From positions 5,988-69,987 of the forward strand of contig CAYPXN010000040.1 of the NCBI GenBank assembly GCA_964414715.1: 64,000 bases of DNA, read 5' to 3'. The translations under genes were made by a program, and so were the position numbers. Positions within the stretch are counted from its first letter, which is position 1. Each line of letters opens with the position of its first letter. Shown here in pieces: positions 36,202 through 45,628 of this stretch. The notes beneath the pieces are model-generated. The model was given only the letters and a program-made list of their open reading frames with translations. It did no database searches and was not told the origin of the DNA. This stretch comes from an uncultured Pseudomonadota bacterium. Its GTDB lineage: Bacteria > UBA10199 > JADFYH01.

Positions 36202-37832
36202 AAATTGCCCTTGCACAAATTAATACCCAGATCGGTAATTTTGCACTGAATCTTGAAAAAATTACCCAAGCCATCGACAAAGCAAAACAGAAGGGCGCTC
36301 AACTGATCATATTTCCCGAACTGACTCTTACCGGTTATCCTCCTCGGGATTTGCTCGAAAAAACACAGTTCGTAGATAAAAACCTGAACCTTCTAAACCA
36401 GCTTGCCAAAAAAGTTAAAAATATTGTGTGTGTGGTAGGCTTTGTGGAACCCAACCTGGAAGACAAGGGAAAACCGCTTTATAATGCCGCCGCCTTTTTA
36501 CAAGATGGCCACATTGAAAAAATTATTCGGAAGCGACTTCTTCCCACCTACGATGTTTTTGATGAAAACAGATATTTTGAACCCGGCCATGAAAGCTGTG
36601 TCTTTTATTACAAGGGATACAATATTGGATTATCTATCTGCGAAGATATCTGGAATGATGAAAGTATTTTGGGCAGGAAACTTTACGCAGAAGATCCCAT
36701 TGATGACCTTTCGCGCAAGGGCGCCAATCTTTTCATCAACATTTCCGCATCACCTTATTCCATGGGGAAAAGAAGTATCCGTGAAAAACTTCTTTCTCAG
36801 GTAGCGCGCTCCAAGAAAGCACCTTTGGTTTATGTAAATCTTGTCGGTGGTAATGACGACCTTATTTTTGATGGAAGCAGCCTGGTCTTTAACGAAGAAG
36901 GTGAAATCTGTACTCGCTTAAAAAGTTTCGAGGAAGATTTTTCCATCGTGGATCTCCAAAGTCTGAAACCAGAACCTTTTTATCAGGTTCACGAAATGGA
37001 AAAAGTCCGCAAGGCCCTGGTTTTGGGTATTCGGGATTACATGGCAAAATCAGGTTTTAAAAAAGCGATTTTGGGCCTTTCAGGAGGCATCGATTCCTGT
37101 CTTGTGGCCAATCTGGCAGCAGAAGCTTGTGGTGCAAAAAATGTTCTCGGAGTTTCTCTTCCTTCTCCTTACTCCAGTCAAAGCAGCCTGACGGATGCCA
37201 AGGCTCTTGCCAAAAATTTGGGGATTCAACACCGTACGATTCCTATCGGAGATATCTACAAAGCATATCCCTTGGCACTCGAATGGGATAGCAAGCCCAG
37301 AAAAGTTGATGTCGCCTTGCAAAATATTCAGGCCCGTATTCGTGGCAATATTCTCATGGCGCTTTCAAACCGTGAGGGCTATCTCTTGTTAAGCACTGGA
37401 AACAAATCTGAAATGGCAGTGGGTTATTGTACGCTCTACGGAGATATGGCAGGAGGATTGGCGGTAATTTCCGACCTCCCCAAAACCCTTGTCTACCAAC
37501 TCTCTCGTTATTTGAATAAAAAACACCGGGCAATTCCGGAATCTGTGTTCCGCAAAGCTCCTTCAGCGGAGCTGGCACCCAATCAGAAAGACCAGGATGA
37601 TCTTCCTCCCTATGAAACCCTGGATGAAATCTTAAGACTTTATATTGAAGAAAATAAAAGCAGTGCCCAAATCATCAAAGCAGGATTTGCAAAAAAGACA
37701 GTTTTAGATGTGATTCAACGGGTTGACCGCAACGAATACAAAAGACAACAAGCTCCTCCGGGTCTGCGCATCACTTCTAAAGCCTTTGGTTTTGGGCGAC
37801 AAATCCCCCTCACAAACGGATTTAAGGAATGA
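36198..37832 (+). CDS. nadE: Glutamine-dependent NAD+ synthetase (nitrilase domain plus NAD synthase domain).
   Basis: MKIALAQIN nitrilase N-terminus. SGGIDS PP-loop. About 544 aa from the ATG at 36198 (ORF track starts at 36177). Confidence 0.9.
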   Translation: MKIALAQINTQIGNFALNLEKITQAIDKAKQKGAQLIIFPELTLTGYPPRDLLEKTQFVDKNLNLLNQLAKKVKNIVCVVGFVEPNLEDKGKPLYNAAAFLQDGHIEKIIRKRLLPTYDVFDENRYFEPGHESCVFYYKGYNIGLSICEDIWNDESILGRKLYAEDPIDDLSRKGANLFINISASPYSMGKRSIREKLLSQVARSKKAPLVYVNLVGGNDDLIFDGSSLVFNEEGEICTRLKSFEEDFSIVDLQSLKPEPFYQVHEMEKVRKALVLGIRDYMAKSGFKKAILGLSGGIDSCLVANLAAEACGAKNVLGVSLPSPYSSQSSLTDAKALAKNLGIQHRTIPIGDIYKAYPLALEWDSKPRKVDVALQNIQARIRGNILMALSNREGYLLLSTGNKSEMAVGYCTLYGDMAGGLAVISDLPKTLVYQLSRYLNKKHRAIPESVFRKAPSAELAPNQKDQDDLPPYETLDEILRLYIEENKSSAQIIKAGFAKKTVLDVIQRVDRNEYKRQQAPPGLRITSKAFGFGRQIPLTNGFKE

Positions 37833-38527
37833 ACTTTGGAACCCTCTACATTGTTGCTACTCCTATTGGAAATCTGGCAGACATCACCTATCGAGCGGTT
37901 CAAGTATTAAAAGAAGTGGATTGCATTGCCTGCGAAGACACACGGCATAGTTTAAAACTTCTTAACCACTATCAAATTTCAAAACCTCTTTTAAGTTTTT
38001 ACGCCCACAATCAACAGGGACGCATTCCTCAAATCATCGAAAAACTCAAAGCTGGGGAAAGTATTGCCTTGATTAGCGATGCGGGAACCCCAGGCATTTC
38101 AGATCCGGGTGCTTTGCTCATTTCAAAATGTATTCAAGAAGAAATTAAAGTAGTTCCCATTCCCGGCGCCTGCGCTGCGATTACCGCACTTTGCGCCTCA
38201 GCTTTGCCGACGGATCGTTTTTACTTTCAGGGTTTTCTCCCTCTCAAACCCGGCAAAAAAAGGAAAGTATTGGAAAATCTCAAAACTCTTGAAGCAACGA
38301 TTATTATTTATGAAGCAGGCAACCGAATGTCCGGTCTCATGAAAGAAATTGCCCAGATTTATCCTGAAGCCCAAGTGGTGATTGGTCGCGAGCTGACAAA
38401 AATGTATGAAGAATTCCTTCGCGGAAAAGCTGCAGATCTCTCGGAAAAAATCCCCCGAGAAGGTCTCAAGGGAGAGTGTGTGGTTTTGATTCACTCTTAT
38501 TTTTCAAAAGAAGAAGAAAAGGAATGA
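37829..38527 (+). CDS. rsmI: 16S rRNA (cytidine1402-2'-O)-methyltransferase RsmI.
   Basis: LYIVATPIGNLADIT...ACEDTRHS. Stop codon TGA. Confidence 0.85.
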   Translation: MNFGTLYIVATPIGNLADITYRAVQVLKEVDCIACEDTRHSLKLLNHYQISKPLLSFYAHNQQGRIPQIIEKLKAGESIALISDAGTPGISDPGALLISKCIQEEIKVVPIPGACAAITALCASALPTDRFYFQGFLPLKPGKKRKVLENLKTLEATIIIYEAGNRMSGLMKEIAQIYPEAQVVIGRELTKMYEEFLRGKAADLSEKIPREGLKGECVVLIHSYFSKEEEKE

Positions 38528-38528
38528 T

Positions 38529-39764
38529 TTACTGCTCCATAAATTCCACAATTTCTTCGTGACGGGATTTCATGTCTTCAAAACCCAATTGCAATAAACG
38601 TTGGAGGTAACTGGGTAAAAAGCTGATATAAGACAACATATCAATACCGCCTTTTGTATCAGCATCCAAAAATCGGATCAAAAACTTCTCAAAAGAAGTG
38701 AAATGCTCGCTGCCTTCATGCCGAAAACACTGGCTAAAAATATTTCCAATATCTTGGGAAGGTCGAATACGAAATACCGATATTTTCTTAAGACCTCTTT
38801 CTCCAAAAGCGCCCACATCTTTCTTTTTTCCCAAAAAGGAGTTCATTTTCGAAAGGAAACTTTTTCCCTGCATTTCTTCGCACCATTCTATTATTTTGTT
38901 GATGCGTTCGAGTTGTTCCATGTCGTTCTGAATTTTATCCAGAAACATCGCATTCATCACGCGACCCAAAACCTGACCCAAGGCAGGCGGTTCTCCTTTT
39001 ACACCTTGAACCGGAACTTTTTCTCCCGGCTTGGCACGATGATTCAAACCAATCACCAAAATTGCATCTGCACCCAAGTGAATAGCGGGAGAGAGAGGGG
39101 TATTCAAGCGCAAACCTCCATCGGTATAAGCGACATCATTGATCATCACGCTGGGGAAAATCACAGGGATGGCAGCAGAGGCAGCGGCATGAACGGGTTG
39201 AATAGGTCCGTTATGAATAATCGCTTCTCCCCGGTAAGGAACTTTTTCATTTTTTTGAACAAAGAGTTCCAGGCGTCCGGTAAAAACATTTGTCGTCACA
39301 ATCGAAATAGCATCTAAAAAACCTTCCTGAATATTGCGTCCAATTCTTTTCCAGGGGATTGCCTGTTCGATAAAGGGAAGAAAAGGGGAGGTGTCCAAGA
39401 AGCCCGGAAAGTGCGGTGATTCCGTTCCCGAACGCCGAAGAAACTTCATCATCATTCCCTTTGAATTCTTACCCAAAAATTCAAATAGAGCTTTCAGATT
39501 TCTCTTATAAATATTTTCTTCGCGAACGTTTTCCCAGAGACGATAAATTTCATTTCCCTGAAGCTCGGGTACATGGGCTGTAGAAGCCATAAAGCAACTA
39601 TTCAGGGCGCCCACAGAAGCCCCACAAATAATCTCAAAATTTCTGTTTTTGCAAGAAGGGGGGAGTTGGGTGCGCAGATAATGCAAAACGCCCGCTTCAT
39701 AGGCACCTCGCGCACCTCCACCTGACAAAACCAAGGCCAACTTCTTTTTGGATTTTCCTCCCAT
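38529..39764 (-). CDS. Patatin-like phospholipase, paralog A.
   Basis: GGGARGAYEAGV plus GASVGALN (G-x-S-x-G) plus DGG motif. Confidence 0.85.
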   Translation of the reverse strand: MGGKSKKKLALVLSGGGARGAYEAGVLHYLRTQLPPSCKNRNFEIICGASVGALNSCFMASTAHVPELQGNEIYRLWENVREENIYKRNLKALFEFLGKNSKGMMMKFLRRSGTESPHFPGFLDTSPFLPFIEQAIPWKRIGRNIQEGFLDAISIVTTNVFTGRLELFVQKNEKVPYRGEAIIHNGPIQPVHAAASAAIPVIFPSVMINDVAYTDGGLRLNTPLSPAIHLGADAILVIGLNHRAKPGEKVPVQGVKGEPPALGQVLGRVMNAMFLDKIQNDMEQLERINKIIEWCEEMQGKSFLSKMNSFLGKKKDVGAFGERGLKKISVFRIRPSQDIGNIFSQCFRHEGSEHFTSFEKFLIRFLDADTKGGIDMLSYISFLPSYLQRLLQLGFEDMKSRHEEIVEFMEQ

Positions 39765-39858
39765 GTTTTTAGATTATAGCGGCAGTTATGATCAAGCGCA
39801 CCTAAGATTTATCATTCACCCCAAGAAAATGAGTGATTTTAACAACAAAATACAAGTT

Positions 39859-40743
39859 TTAACTTCCCGACAAAACTCTCTGGTCAGAAAGCTCATTTAA
39901 ATATACCTCGAGATTACTATAACCCTCCGAAGAAAGACTCGTTTCATTGTGATCTTGAACATGAGGATTGAGCCCGTGAGCCACTTCCCAATCATCCGGC
40001 ATTCCATCTTGATCTGTATCTGTGAGCGTCGTTCCTGAAAGAGAAGGGTAGGCATCATTGGCGGGGTTTGTCCCTGCCGTTCCCCGAGTAATTGTGGGAG
40101 TAGCTTCCACACTGCCTGACAAATATCCCATCAAACGAGCATCCATATTATCGCGAGGAAAAGCCCCATTGTTTGAACGAACATAAGAATTTAAAGTCGC
40201 TGTACTTGTATTCGTAATTTCGGGAAAATCTAATCGAGTGGAGGAGGGACTTGCAATACTGGGGTTCACATCTTCCAAACTTCCATTTCCAATCATTCTC
40301 TGATTTCCCGATGCATAAACCAGATTACCACTGGTTTCATTCAAATCTGCAAGCATCATCAAAGGATCACTTCCTGATTTGAATACATCCAGGTTTCCTA
40401 TCCAATTTAGGTTTAAATATTGAGAATTCGAATCACTAGAACTGCAATTATTTCCGTCATTATTTCCCGTGCAACGATTGTAATAAAGGGGATTTTGCGC
40501 ATCCCACACTAAATTATGTGACACTTCTACATTCAGATGATGTGCATTACAATTTGGAGTTAAACCACCATCGGTATTGAGTTCGCAACTCAGCTCTGCC
40601 GGAGTGCGGCCCCCCAAACGAACATATACATTATGATGAAGAGAAATATTTTGCAGATCATGCTCGCTTGTTGAATAGTTGACGAGCAAGCCACCATTTT
40701 CATTATGGTCTGTAAGGGTTTCAGCCAAAATTGAGTTTTGCAA
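39859..40743 (-). CDS. Pectate lyase (PL1, right-handed beta-helix), C-terminal part. In the same frame as 40876..41385.
   Basis: The frame is open from 40875 down to 40744 (RGDSGAVQGDAIRVGGSSIFIGDHLSLENATDEATEISRSKNVTLQNSILAE), which is the PL1 vWIDH / DAI core. Confidence 0.7.
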   Translation of the reverse strand: MQNSILAETLTDHNENGGLLVNYSTSEHDLQNISLHHNVYVRLGGRTPAELSCELNTDGGLTPNCNAHHLNVEVSHNLVWDAQNPLYYNRCTGNNDGNNCSSSDSNSQYLNLNWIGNLDVFKSGSDPLMMLADLNETSGNLVYASGNQRMIGNGSLEDVNPSIASPSSTRLDFPEITNTSTATLNSYVRSNNGAFPRDNMDARLMGYLSGSVEATPTITRGTAGTNPANDAYPSLSGTTLTDTDQDGMPDDWEVAHGLNPHVQDHNETSLSSEGYSNLEVYLNELSDQRVLSGS

Positions 40744-40875
40744 AGTGACATTCTTCGATCGAGATATTTCTGTTGCTTCATCGGTGGCATTCTCAAGTGA
40801 AAGATGATCTCCTATGAAAATTGAAGAACCACCTACTCTGATAGCATCACCCTGAACAGCCCCAGAATCTCCTCG

Positions 40876-41385
40876 TCACATCCTTAAGTGACGAACGATA
40901 ATATTCTGGCAATCGTAAGGGTCATAGACATTGTCGCAAATCAAACCTCCATGAATCACAATGCCACCAGGAGAAGTTTGACCTGCAATAGTCATATTGG
41001 GTTCTTTGATGATAATATCCGAGTTGATGACGCCACTGGTTGCAAAAACAATATATTTATTTCCCACGACATCAACCGCTGCCTGCAGGGAACCAGGTCC
41101 ATCGGCATTTGTATTCGTCACATAAACTACCTGAGCTGAATTGGAACGTGCTCCGCTAGAACAAGCTCCAAAACCTTCCGCGCCTGGGAAAGAAGGGATG
41201 CTGCCCGTACAACTTGTCAGGCCCTCTAATCCCGTTCCTCCTCCGCCGTGATCTCCGGTATTGCCACCGCCTCCGGATCCGTCACTATTTCCAGATCCAT
41301 TTCCGGACGAGCCTCCACAGGAAATCGTTCCCAGACTTAAAAGAAGAAATAAAATGTTAAGGAAAGTGAAAAGACGTTTACACAT
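40876..41385 (-). CDS. Pectate lyase N-terminal part (lipoprotein-type signal, Gly-rich linker, first beta-helix turns), terminated by an in-frame TGA.
   Basis: MCKRLFTFLNILFLLLSLGTISCGG...AGQTSPGGIVIHGG...IIVRHLRM*. Same reading frame as the downstream segment. Confidence 0.7.
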   Translation of the reverse strand: MCKRLFTFLNILFLLLSLGTISCGGSSGNGSGNSDGSGGGGNTGDHGGGGTGLEGLTSCTGSIPSFPGAEGFGACSSGARSNSAQVVYVTNTNADGPGSLQAAVDVVGNKYIVFATSGVINSDIIIKEPNMTIAGQTSPGGIVIHGGLICDNVYDPYDCQNIIVRHLRM

Positions 41386-41460
41386 AATGACCTCTCTTCA
41401 TCATGTGTCCCCAGGCAGACTTAATATCATCTCATAAAAGAAAGTCTAAAGCCATACCCA

Positions 41461-42099
41461 TTATAAATCTGACAAAAAAGGATTTTCTTTGCGCTCATAA
41501 CCAATCGAAGTGGAAGGACCGTGTCCGGGATGGACGATTGTGTCGTCATCGAATTGCAATATTTTATCCTGAATGGACTTGAGAATCAGGTTGTAATCTC
41601 CGCCCCACAAATCTGTACGCCCGATACTTTGCATAAACAAAGTATCCCCCGTAAAAAGAAGCGGAATCTCCGCATTCAAATGAAAAGTCAAACTTCCCGG
41701 GGTATGACCCGGTGTGTGCAAGATTTCTACTTTATGTTCTCCGAACTTCAATTCATCCCCTTGCTGGAGAAAATGTGTTACTTGAGGAACTGCTTTGGGA
41801 GCAAATCCAAAAAGGGCACATTGCATGGGAACATTTTCATAAAGAAACATATCTTCTTTATGTAAACATACTTCCGACTTTGTTTTATCGTAAACAGCTT
41901 GGGTAGCTCCCAGATGATCAAAATGTGCATGGGTATGAAGAATGTATTTCACCTTCAAATCATGTTGTTTCAAAACAGCGATAATCTTTTCTGCTTCGTC
42001 ACCCGGATCGATTACAATTGCTTCGCCTGATTTTTTATCTCCCAGTATTGTGCAAGTGCATTGGAGAGGACCGAGAGGCATTTGTTCAATAATCATATT
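41461..42099 (-). CDS. MBL-fold metallo-hydrolase (hydroxyacylglutathione hydrolase-like).
   Basis: HTHAHFDHLGA metal-binding motif. Likely start at MNMIIEQ. Confidence 0.8.
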   Translation of the reverse strand, partial: NMIIEQMPLGPLQCTCTILGDKKSGEAIVIDPGDEAEKIIAVLKQHDLKVKYILHTHAHFDHLGATQAVYDKTKSEVCLHKEDMFLYENVPMQCALFGFAPKAVPQVTHFLQQGDELKFGEHKVEILHTPGHTPGSLTFHLNAEIPLLFTGDTLFMQSIGRTDLWGGDYNLILKSIQDKILQFDDDTIVHPGHGPSTSIGYERKENPFLSDL

Positions 42100-42227
42100 C
42101 ATTCCTAAAATAAGTGATGAGACCCTAATCAATAATCTAAAAAACAATAGACAGCAACCCCTTCTTTGCCCTTAAAATAGTGGAATTCCGAGGAGCGGGA
42201 CTTTTTTTCACACTTCAGGGGAGGCTT

Positions 42228-43484
42228 ATGGGACATTTGGGATTGGTATTATCAGCAGGAGGCGCTCGCGCTGCTTATGAAGCGGGAGTTTTACATTATA
42301 TTCGCACAGGACTTCCCAAACATATTGCGGCAAAACCCTTTGATGTTCTCTGTGGCAGCTCCGCGGGAGCTATCAACACTGTAGGACTTGCGGCTCTGGC
42401 ACACGACCCCGTTTATCAGGGAGAACAAATCAAAAATCTTTGGCTGAACCTCACCCAAGACAATATCTATAAAAGAGATTTTTCAACCACTGCAGGATTT
42501 GTCATGAGTTCTTTGGGAGGAATTGTTCGAAACCTCACCACACTCAGTCCTTTTGATTTGGGAAATAAAAAAGGACCTCACCTGACTGCTTTTTTCGACA
42601 CCAGCCCCTTAAAAGAACTTCTCAAGAAAATTATCCCTTTTGATCAAATCCAGAAAAATATTGATAACAATCTCATCAAGGCAATTAGCGTTACCACGAC
42701 AAATACTCGCAGTGGTCGCAGTGAACTCTTCATGCAAAAACGGAAAGATGTGGAATACACGGGAGAATATATTCATCATCTGGGTCCCTTGAAGGTTGAC
42801 CACGTTATGGCTTCGGCTGCCATTCCGGTAATTTTTCCCTCTGTAAAAATCGGCAAAGTATACTACACGGACGGGGGACTGCGTTTGTTTACGCCCATGT
42901 CTCCTGCAATACAGTTGGGGGCAGACCGCATCATCATTATCGGACTTCGTCATCGTCCCACACCGGAAGAAATGATTGAATATGATAGCAAGGAAATGAC
43001 CCATCCTCCTTCTGTGGCAGAACTGATGGGACGAGTAATGAACGGAATTTTTCTGGATCGTATCCAGTTCGATTTGGAACAGGCCCAACGCATTAATAAA
43101 ATCATTGATTGGAGCCAGAAAGTTTTTGGAGACGATTACCTTGATCAAATCAACCGTTTCCTGAAAAAGCAGGGCATTATTGGAGACATTGCCAGCCGAG
43201 GATTAAGGAAATTACGCTATGTAGAAATTTTACCTTCTGAATTCGTAAGCAATCTTTTTGAACGTTGGTTCAAAAAAGCCAGAAAAGACGGTTCGATTGA
43301 TTTCTCCAGCATGGAAAAACTTCTCACCCGACTTTTGGATGTCAATACGGATGGCGCGATCGAACTTCTGAGCTACCTGACTTTTTCAAAAGATTACCTA
43401 AAAGAACTCATTGACTTGGGCTACGAGGATGCCAAAAGACAGAGAAATCGATTGATAGACTTAATGGATGATGATGAGGAATAA
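42228..43484 (+). CDS. Patatin-like phospholipase, paralog B.
   Basis: LVLSAGGARAAYEAGV plus GSSAGAIN plus DGG. The C-terminal region is also paralogous to 38529..39764. Confidence 0.85.
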   Translation: MGHLGLVLSAGGARAAYEAGVLHYIRTGLPKHIAAKPFDVLCGSSAGAINTVGLAALAHDPVYQGEQIKNLWLNLTQDNIYKRDFSTTAGFVMSSLGGIVRNLTTLSPFDLGNKKGPHLTAFFDTSPLKELLKKIIPFDQIQKNIDNNLIKAISVTTTNTRSGRSELFMQKRKDVEYTGEYIHHLGPLKVDHVMASAAIPVIFPSVKIGKVYYTDGGLRLFTPMSPAIQLGADRIIIIGLRHRPTPEEMIEYDSKEMTHPPSVAELMGRVMNGIFLDRIQFDLEQAQRINKIIDWSQKVFGDDYLDQINRFLKKQGIIGDIASRGLRKLRYVEILPSEFVSNLFERWFKKARKDGSIDFSSMEKLLTRLLDVNTDGAIELLSYLTFSKDYLKELIDLGYEDAKRQRNRLIDLMDDDEE

Positions 43485-44240
43485 ATGAAACTTATTTCCT
43501 GGAATGTAAATGGTATCCGAGCCGTCCTTCAAAAAGGATTTTTGGATTGGCTTAAGAAAGAAAATCCGGATGTACTTGCCCTTCAAGAAACCAAGGCAAA
43601 GCCTTCCCAACTCACAGAAGAAATTCTCAATCCTGTGGGTTATAAAACTTATTGGTCCGCTGCAAAAAAACCAGGCTATAGTGGTGTTGCTTTATTTATC
43701 AAAGATGGCGGAAAAGAAATCCAAGAAGGCTTGGGAATTCAAAAATTCGATGACGAAGGAAGAACTCTCATTGCAGAGTTTGACGATTTTTTTCTCATGA
43801 ATGGATATTACCCCAATGGACGGGATGACCTCTCTCGTGTCGATTTCAAACTCGAATACAGTGATGAAGCTCTCAGTTTCGCTAACAAGTTAAAGAAAAA
43901 CAAACCCGTCATTCTCTGTGGTGATTTCAATACCGCACACAAAGAAATCGACTTGGCACGACCCAAAGAAAATGTGGAAAATACGGGCTTTCTTCCCATT
44001 GAGCGTGCATGGATTGATAAATTTCTTTCACAGGGTTACGTAGATATTTTTAGAAATTTTGAAAAAAGTGGGGGATGGTATTCTTGGTGGTCTTATCGGG
44101 CAGGTGCTCGCCCCCGAAATGTGGGTTGGAGAATTGACTATTTTTTCGTAACAGAAGACATTCAACATTCTGTTAAAAACTCTTATTATCAAACCCAAGT
44201 GATGGGATCGGATCATTGCCCAGTAGTTTTAGAATTGTAG
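43485..44240 (+). CDS. xth: Exodeoxyribonuclease III.
   Basis: MKLISWNVNGIRA...; EEP-family motifs. Confidence 0.9.
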   Translation: MKLISWNVNGIRAVLQKGFLDWLKKENPDVLALQETKAKPSQLTEEILNPVGYKTYWSAAKKPGYSGVALFIKDGGKEIQEGLGIQKFDDEGRTLIAEFDDFFLMNGYYPNGRDDLSRVDFKLEYSDEALSFANKLKKNKPVILCGDFNTAHKEIDLARPKENVENTGFLPIERAWIDKFLSQGYVDIFRNFEKSGGWYSWWSYRAGARPRNVGWRIDYFFVTEDIQHSVKNSYYQTQVMGSDHCPVVLEL

Positions 44241-44246
44241 GTTTTT

Positions 44247-45002
44247 ATGTTCGGAAACAAAAAAGACGTCGAAAATCTTGAAGTAGAAATTCAAAAACTT
44301 CACAAAAAGATCGAAAATCTTGAAAAAACTCACGAAGAAGAGCTCAAGGTTTTAAAAAACCAAATCGCTTTTCTTGTAAAAGGTTTACCTCTTAACACTC
44401 AAAGTGTTTTTTCTGGCTTGGCTTATTCAGAAGTTCCCAAAGAAAAAGTTCCCAGCTTCATTCAGGAAACACCGAACTTACTGGTTTTGGATGTCAGAAG
44501 CGATGAAGGTTGGATGAATGGTCATATTCCCAACGCGAAACATATACCTGCACAACAAGTATTCTCACGTCTTGTAGAACTCTCAGATAAGAATCGCCCC
44601 TTATTAACCATCTGTGCAAATGGAAACACAGCCCTCACAGTTGCCCAACTGCTGGTCAAAGAAGGTTATCGTTATGTCTTCAATGCTTTGGGAGGTATGG
44701 CAGGTTACAATGGACCTTTGGAACTTCCTTCGATTGAAAAAACAGATGAAGCTTTTATCAAAGGGGATAACCGTGACTTAATCCAAAAAGTTATTGAAAT
44801 TTTGGATCGCGATGTAAGACCTGGCTTGAAACGCGATGGGGGAGACCTCAAGCTTTTGGCGGTAGAACAAGGAATCGTAAAAGTAAAAATGACGGGTGCC
44901 TGCTTGGGTTGCGGTTCTCAAAAAAGAACTGTTGAAGATGGAATTAAAACTCACTTAATGAAACTGATTCCTGAAATAAAAGGAATAGAGGATCATAGCT
45001 AA
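44247..45002 (+). CDS. Coiled-coil, rhodanese and Nfu/NifU-C fusion protein.
   Basis: Rhodanese segment LVLDVRSDEGW..HIPNAKHIP...ICANGNTA. C-terminal KLLAVEQGIVKVKMTGACLGCGS (Nfu CxxC). Confidence 0.7.
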   Translation: MFGNKKDVENLEVEIQKLHKKIENLEKTHEEELKVLKNQIAFLVKGLPLNTQSVFSGLAYSEVPKEKVPSFIQETPNLLVLDVRSDEGWMNGHIPNAKHIPAQQVFSRLVELSDKNRPLLTICANGNTALTVAQLLVKEGYRYVFNALGGMAGYNGPLELPSIEKTDEAFIKGDNRDLIQKVIEILDRDVRPGLKRDGGDLKLLAVEQGIVKVKMTGACLGCGSQKRTVEDGIKTHLMKLIPEIKGIEDHS

Positions 45003-45082
45003 AGAACACAAGGCCCCCTGGCCCCCTCTTAAAATTAAGAGGAGCTTGGGAGGAGTTGTGATATGAAAAAGAAAGGAAATTT

Positions 45083-45628
45083 ATGAAAAAATTGATTTAT
45101 CTTCTCTCTGCTTCTTTTTTATTTTTTACCCTTCCTACTCATGCCAAACAAAAGAAAGAAGCTCCCCCTAATTATCAAGCAAAAGCAGAAATTTTTAATG
45201 CCGATGGCCAACAGGTAGGACGTGCTGTTTTTTTTGAAAACGGAGACAGTGTTCGCATGATCGTAGAAACAATCGGTCTACCTGCGGGAAATCACGGAAT
45301 TCATATCCACGAATTTGGTGTTTGCGAAAGACCTGAATTTAAAACTGCAGGAAACCATTTCAATCCCAAATCCAAACATCATGGTCTTCAAAACAAATCG
45401 GGCGCCCATGGAGGCGACATGCCCAATTTGAAAGTGGAAGATGGAAGTATGGCTGGCCGATTGGAATATATCCTGCCTGACGTGAATTTGGGATCCGGCA
45501 AAGATGGGCTTCTGAAAAAAGACGGTACCAGTATTGTGATTCATGCTTCTTATGACGATCAAACCTCGGACCCCTCGGGAAATTCTGGAGCACGCATCGC
45601 CTGTGGGGTAATTGAATCAAGCCGATAA
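45083..45628 (+). CDS. sodC: Periplasmic Cu/Zn superoxide dismutase.
   Basis: Signal peptide followed by GIHIHEFG...GGDMPNL... Confidence 0.9.
   Translation: MKKLIYLLSASFLFFTLPTHAKQKKEAPPNYQAKAEIFNADGQQVGRAVFFENGDSVRMIVETIGLPAGNHGIHIHEFGVCERPEFKTAGNHFNPKSKHHGLQNKSGAHGGDMPNLKVEDGSMAGRLEYILPDVNLGSGKDGLLKKDGTSIVIHASYDDQTSDPSGNSGARIACGVIESSR

Noticed and set aside
26013-40878. Alternative genetic code (TGA or TAG as sense, codes 4/25) as the explanation for the in-frame stops in bamA and the pectate lyase.
   Set aside because: Other genes end at TGA (rsmI) or TAG (lysS, the 712-aa gene) exactly where family length predicts. The ORF lengths of about 60 housekeeping genes are normal under the standard code.
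40876-40878. Selenocysteine at the pectate lyase TGA.
   Set aside because: No selenoprotein logic applies to PL1 lyases. There is no obvious SECIS-like hairpin immediately downstream on the coding strand, and no selA/selB context in the window.
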